NCBI GenBank assembly: GCA_038087875.1
Contig: CM075987.1
Location: 23,686,001-23,750,000, forward strand
DNA length: 64,000 bases
Source of the DNA: Malacoraja senta
Lineage: Eukaryota
Reading direction: 5' to 3'
Shown: piece by piece, positions 58,038 through 64,000 of the stretch
Layout of the letters: the number at the start of each line of letters is the position of its first letter
Numbering within the stretch: position 1 is the stretch's first letter
Translations under genes and position numbers: made by a program
Notes under the pieces: generated by a model
The model's input: the letters and a program-made list of their open reading frames with translations, nothing else
What the model was told of the DNA's origin: nothing
The model's database searches: none

Positions 58038-59476
58038 TTAGATAGAGCTCTTTCAAGAGAGAGTAAGATAGTGCTCTATCAAGGGATACGGGGAGAAGGC
58101 AGGAACGGGGTGCTGATTGTGGATGATCAGCCATGATCCCAGTGAATGGCAGTGCTGGCTCGAAGGGCCGAATGGCCAGCTCCTGCACCTATTGTCCATT
58201 GTGACCGTGTGGGTTTTCTCCGGGTGCTCCAGTTTCCTTCCACACTCCTAAGACGTGTGGGTTTGTTGGCTTCTGTAAATTGTAAATTGTCCCTGGTGGG
58301 TGTCGGATAGTGTTGGTGTGTGGAGTCATCACTGTCGGCCCGGACTCGGAGGACTGAAGGCCCTGTTTCTGCGCTGTATCTCTAAAGTATCTAAGCTAAA
58401 GTAACTAAATGACTCTGTGACCTCTGGTCTGCAATCCCCTCTGGTGTCTGCTGTTGTCTCCATTATAGATCTTTTTTCCCAGCTGAGCAGGAGTGCAGAA
58501 AGTCAAGGCTAGCATTTCTGTAACATCTTTCAAGATCTAAATGCTCCAAAGTAATCCACAGAAAACTGTGTGCCTACTTTGAACTGTAGTCACTCCAACT
58601 AGGTAGGGATTTTAGTTTAGTTTTGAGATACAGAGCGGACGGAAACAGGTCAACCGGCCCAACGAGTCCGTGCCGACCAGCGATCCCCAAACACTAACAC
58701 GATCCTTCACACTAGGGACAGGCAGGCCTTGATTCTGAACAAGGCCAGGATGGAGTGGATGTTGAGAGGATGCTTCCACTAGTGGGAGAGTCTAGGAAAA
58801 GAGGGCACAGCCTCAGAATAAAAGGACAAACCTTTAGAAAGGAGGTGAGGAGGATTTTTTTCAGTCAGAGGGTGGCGAGTCTGTGGAATCCATTGCCACA
58901 GGTGGCTGTGGAGGCCAAGTCAATGGATATTTTTAAGGCAGAGATTATCAGGTTCTCGATTAGTACGTAATGAGGAGAAGGCAGGAGAATGGGGTTGAGA
59001 GGGAAAGATAGATCAGTCATGATTGAATGGTGGAGTAGACTTAATGGGCCAAATGGCGTAATTCTGCTCCCAGTCCCAGTGCAGGCTGGGGTGAGGCACG
59101 GCTGTGTCATCCAACCTTACAACCTCTCTTGCTGCAATGTCGCACTTCTCCAAGAGGCTCCGAGCGGAATGGAGCTAATCTATAGGATGAATGACAAACT
59201 GCGCAACCCCCAGTGCAGAACTAAGGGTGTTGCACGACAGGCATCAAGCTGCAGAACACACATGATATTTGCAGAGTAGTTGTGTAGGAAGGAACTGCAC
59301 ATGTTGGTTTATACCAAGGATAGAAAGATGGAGTAACTCAGCGGGTCAGGCAGCATCTCTGGAATGGCCTGTTTCCTTTATCATCGTTAATTTTTTGCAT
59401 ATCTTTCATTCATTTGTTCTCTATCTCTCCACATCACCGTCTATATCTCTCGTTTCCCTTTCCCCTGACTCTCAGT

Positions 59477-59504
59477 CTGAAGAAGGGTCTCGACCCGAAA
59501 CGTC
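59477..59504 (+). ncRNA. Minimal hammerhead ribozyme core (Penelope-associated)
   Basis: CUGAAGA-A-GGGU(CUCG)ACCC-GAAA-C-GUC. Confidence 0.72.
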
Positions 59505-59734
59505 ACCTATTCTGTATCTCCAGAGATGCTGTCTGGCCCGCTGAGTTACTCCAGCATTTTGTGTCTGTCTTTGATATTTGCAGAGGTTGAGCTCCCTCTG
59601 TCTCCCCCTTGATGCAAACAAGATAATGGACTAAACATGAACAGAGTCAAATTCCTCCACTATCCCGCTTCTGCTGCTCCGCTTTGATGAGAAGACACGG
59701 GGAAGATGGACATTGATACAGAAAGAACAGCTTT

Positions 59735-60175
59735 ACCACCCAAGCCCGCAAGAAATTGCAGAGTCGTGGATGCAGCCCAGTTGATCACGCAGACCAGACT
59801 TCCCACCATTGACTCCATCTGCGCCACATACATAAGCCTCAAAAAAGCAGACACCATAATCAAAGACTTGTCCCGCCCCGGTCATTCCTCCTCCTCCCTG
59901 CTCCCATCTGGCAGAAGGTTCGTAAGTTCGAAAGCTTGCATCACCAGTCTCGGAAACAGTTTCTTCCACTCTGTTATCAAGCTTCTGAATGGTCCTTCCA
60001 TTAGCTAAAGGACTGTCTGTTATCTCTACCCCATATTGGACATTGATGTGCTACAATACTGAGAACTATATTCTGCACTCTGTATTCTCCCTCTTTGCTC
60101 TATCTATTATACTTGGGTTTGACGATTGTGTTCATCTATGATATATCTGATCCGTTTGGATAGCATGCAAAATAA
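59735..60175 (+). mobile_element. Rex1/Babar-type LINE 3' fragment
   Basis: RVVDAAQLIT...LPTIDSI...IIKD..RPGH...LLPSGRRF...LGNSFF.SVIKLLN. Confidence 0.78.
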
Positions 60176-60649
60176 TCAGGGGTCAGGGGTTATGGGGAGA
60201 AGGCAGGGGAATGGGGTTAAGAGGGAAAGATCGATCACCCATGGTTGAATGTCGGAGTAGACTTGATGGGCCGAATGGCCAAATTCTGCTCCTATAACTT
60301 ATGAACATGAATCAGTGCCAACTGGAATGAATTCCTGGGCAGGCCCCTCTTTGGTAAATTGCAGTGTTTGTAATAATTTATCCTTCATCTCGCTGTCAGA
60401 ATTATGTTGTGACAGGAGTGCAACAGCTGTTGAATTTTGGAATTAGCCCAGATTCCCTCGTTTTACTGACCTAACCCCCTCTCCCCTTCCCCCCTCCCCC
60501 TCCCCAATCACGTAGTGACAAGCGATCTAAATCATAGATCCACCCACCCCTACTGCCTCTGTTGGGATTAGCTGGGGATCACACCAGGTTCAAGAATAGC
60601 TTCATCTCACGACACCACACGAACCTCAACTATGAAACATCATGAAACT

Positions 60650-61033
60650 GATTGAAACATACAAGATTGTTAAGGGTTTGGACACGCTGGAGGCAGGAAA
60701 CATGTTCCCGATGTTGGGAGAGTCCAGAACCAGGGGCCACACAGTTTAAGAATAAGGAGTAAGCCATTTAGAACGGAGATGAGGAAACACTTTTTCTCGC
60801 AGAGAGTGGTGAGTCGGTGGAATTCTCTGCCTCAGAGGGCGGTGGAGGCAGGTTCTCTGGATGCTTTCAAGAGAGAGCTGGATAGGGCTCTTAAAAATAG
60901 CGGAGTCAGGGGATATGGGGAGAAGGCAGGAACGGGGTACTGATTGGGGATGATCAGCCATGATCACATTGAATGGCGGTGCTGGCTCGAAGGGCCGAAT
61001 GGCCTACTCCTGCACCTATTGTCTATTGTCTAT
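60650..61033 (+). mobile_element. CR1 LINE 3' fragment
   Basis: Same sequence family as 21428-21808. Confidence 0.9.
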
Positions 61034-61311
61034 GAACTTCTATGAACTGTCTGTGCTTGCACTGGCTATCGGATTTTGTTTTTGCACGAGTATTGCGGTT
61101 AATAACATTGCTATTTTTTGGTTTAGTATATATTGCAGGTGTTTATTGCGTTTACAGGCCTGTTGAGATGTTACTATTCCATTGTCGATCTATATGACAG
61201 TTAAATGCTCTTGACCTTCCTGCATTGGTAATGACATTGAATTGCAGCCTGACCCGCTGGGTTACTCCACCATTTTATGTCTCCAGCAATTGCAGTTCCT
61301 TGCTTTAACGG

Positions 61312-61612
61312 GGCAGCATAGTGGCACAGTGGTAGAGTTGCTGCCTTACAGCGCCAGAGGCCCAGGTCGATCCTAACTACGGGTGCGATCTGTACGGAGT
61401 TTGTACGCTCTCCCTGCGTGGGTTTTCTCCGGGATCTCCGGTTTCTTCCCACACTCCAAAGACGTACAGGTTTGTAGGTTAATTGGCTTGGTATAATTAT
61501 AAATTGTCCCTAGTATGTGGATAATAGTGTTAGTGTGCAGGGATCGCTGGTCGGCGTGGACTCAGTGGGCCGAAGGGCCTGTTTCCGCGCTGTTTCACTA
61601 AACTAAACTTAA
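61312..61612 (+). mobile_element. V-SINE (HE1-like); further copies near 15290, 18960, 25485, 31262, 39643, 44190, 45517, 51810, 52230, 53378, 56017, 57665
   Basis: Full-length head, V domain and tail. Confidence 0.85.
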
Positions 61613-62217
61613 ACCAAAAGGGAAGTGAAACTGAATTTCCAACTGTAGACGAAGGAGGGTCAACTCACAGAGGTACAAAAAAACCCAACTGAACATGGCA
61701 GAACTCAGCAGGTAAGTCAGCATCTGTGGAGACAAAAGCGAGAAGGGTCAAGATCCTACATCAGGATTTATGCAGGGTCTTGACCCGACTTGCACCTTCT
61801 GCCTTCACAGATGCTATTTGACCTGTTGTATTCTTCCAAAGTTCTGTTCTGTCATTTTAGATTCCAGCATCTGCAGTCTCTGTTGCCTTCAAACTGATGG
61901 AGGTGATGGGTGAAGTAGACACTGCAGTTAGTTGCCAAGGAACGATTGAGGATCTTTGTGGAAGCAGCAATGGCAGAGCTTTGTATTTTAAATTTAAATT
62001 AATGTCTATAATTGATATGAGCAGAATTAGGCCACTCGACCCCTCAAGCCCACGCCGCCATTCAATCATGGCGGATCTATCTTTCCCTCTCAACCCCATT
62101 CTCCTGCCTTCTCAGATTTAAAATACCCAATGACTTGGCCTCCGCAGCCATCTGTGGCAATGAATTCCACAGATTCGCCACAACTCTGGCTAAAGAAATT
62201 CCTAAAGAAAATCCAGT

Positions 62218-62245
62218 CTGAAGAAGGGTCTCGACCCGAAACGTC
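62218..62245 (+). ncRNA. Minimal hammerhead ribozyme core (Penelope-associated)
   Basis: Core identical to 59477-59504. Confidence 0.72.
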
Positions 62246-64000
62246 ACCCATCCCTTTTCACCAGAGATACCGCCTGTCCCGCTGAGTTACTCCAGCTTTT
62301 TGTGTCTTATCTCGAGAAATTCCTCCTCGTCTCCTTTCTAAAGAAATGTCCCGTGTGGGTGAAAGGCCCGGAAGGTGTGGAGCTCGGAGTGAGTGCTGGT
62401 CCCTGTACAGAGATCTTGATGGGATTCGCGTGAGAACCTCATCACTTGCTCGCGGTCTGACTCATCAGTGAAACGCCAAACAACCGTCTCCAGGTGAAGT
62501 CTCCAGGGGATCTCGACTACTCGCTGAGATCAGCTTCCCCGCAGCTAATCTTAACAGAACTGGAACGGAAATTGTACAAGGCCTTTACTGTAATAAGTAT
62601 TTTCGGGCCCTGTTGTCTCTGGGGAGAGGAACTGTCGTTTGCTGCTGTTGTTGTGAGGAAGGGGCTGGGGGAAGATGCGAGTTTCAGAATCACTTGCCAT
62701 CTGGCGCACATTGAGTAGAAAATAATTAAGAATGATTTAACTCAGCCAATTGCGAAAATGATCCCAGGAATGATTGGATTAACCTATGATGAGCATTTGA
62801 CGCCACTGGGCCTCCACTTGCTGGAGTTTTAAAGGATGAGGGGGCACCTCATTGAAACGTACCGAATAGTGAAAGGCCTGGATAGAGCCTGGATAGGCCT
62901 GGATGCGGAGGATGCTTCCACTAGTGGGAGAGTGTAGAATCAGAGACTATAGCCTTAGAATAAAAGGGCATACCTTTATAAAGTAGATGAGGAGGAATTT
63001 CTTTAGTCAGCGGGTGGTGAATCTGTAGAATGCACTGCCCCTGACAGCTGTGGAAGCCAAGCCAATGGATATTTTTAAGACTGAGATTGATAGATTATTG
63101 ATTAGTACAGGTGTCAGGGGTTGTGGGGAGAAGGCAGGAGAATGGGGTTGAGAGGGAAAGATAGGTCAGCCATGAATGAATGGTGGAGTAGACTTGATGG
63201 GCCGAATGGCCTAATTCGGCTCCTAGAACCTACGAGTCATGTTGCATCGCTGGAGAAAATGGATAGGTGGTTGCCTATCAATTATCTCTAGAGATGCTGC
63301 CTGGCCCGCTAAGTTACTTCTGCATTTTGTGTCGATCCTCAGTATAAAGCAGCATCTGCAGCTCATTTTTATTACATTAAGAGTGATTTAACTTCTTCAA
63401 ACTAAATGGATCAATGTACACCTGGTTCCCCTCAGATTGCGATGCTGTGTGGAGTGACCAATGTTGACTGGTTCGTGTTCACTCATGCAGCTTGCAGCTT
63501 CACATGCGAGGGTGCATTTACCATCCACCCTGGTTGCTCTGAGGAAATGTAATTTGCCTTTGAAATAAGTTTTGGGTTTGCTGTGTGACTTCATAGAGTG
63601 ATACAGCGTGGAACCAGGCCCTTCGGCCTAACTTGTCCTCACCGGCCAACATGTCCCAGCTACACATGTCCCACCTGCCTGTGTTTGGCCCATATCCCTT
63701 CAAACCTGTCCTGTCCATGTACCTGTCTAACTGTTTCTTAAACCTTTGGATATTCCCAGCCTCAATTATCTCCTCTGGCAGCTTGTTCCATACACCCACC
63801 ACCCTTTGTGTGAAAAAGTTCGTAATGGTACCATTTGGCGTCGCCGTTTCGCCGCCTCCGTTTTGAAGGCGCCGAACTTTTGCTAATTCATCTAATTCAT
63901 CTTGGAAAGCTGTTATATACTTATCACCTAGTTCTTCTTAATTCGTTGTTTAGACAACAGTATTCAGTTAATTTATCTTAATAATGGCTGAAAATATTGC

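Overview
Vertebrate genomic DNA, most likely from an elasmobranch (skate, ray or shark), inferred from HE1-like V-SINEs and HER1/CR1-like LINE tails; the species cannot be determined from the sequence. The + strand carries nine coding exons of a BET-family gene best matching BRD3 (11864-32277: BD1, BD2, motif B/coiled coil, ET). It has a +1 frameshift in BD2 that is probably an assembly error, a GC-AG intron, and a uORF in the first coding exon. After a 200-N gap (36070-36269) lies a single 117-nt exon of VAV2 (CH domain, 49875-49991) that the ORF track misses. This matches the human BRD3-VAV2 order; the BRD3 terminal exons and VAV2 exon 1 were not found and probably lie in the gap. Most of the rest is transposon-derived: a decayed IR-DR Tc1 with nested insertions, CR1, Rex1, L1 and Tx1 LINE pieces, V-SINEs, a CORE-type SINE, and Harbinger and hAT MITEs. 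A very abundant Penelope-derived repeat carries a minimal (zero-loop stem III, dimer-type) hammerhead ribozyme motif, which is the most striking non-genic system in the window. Exon coordinates were read at base level; most repeat boundaries are approximate.
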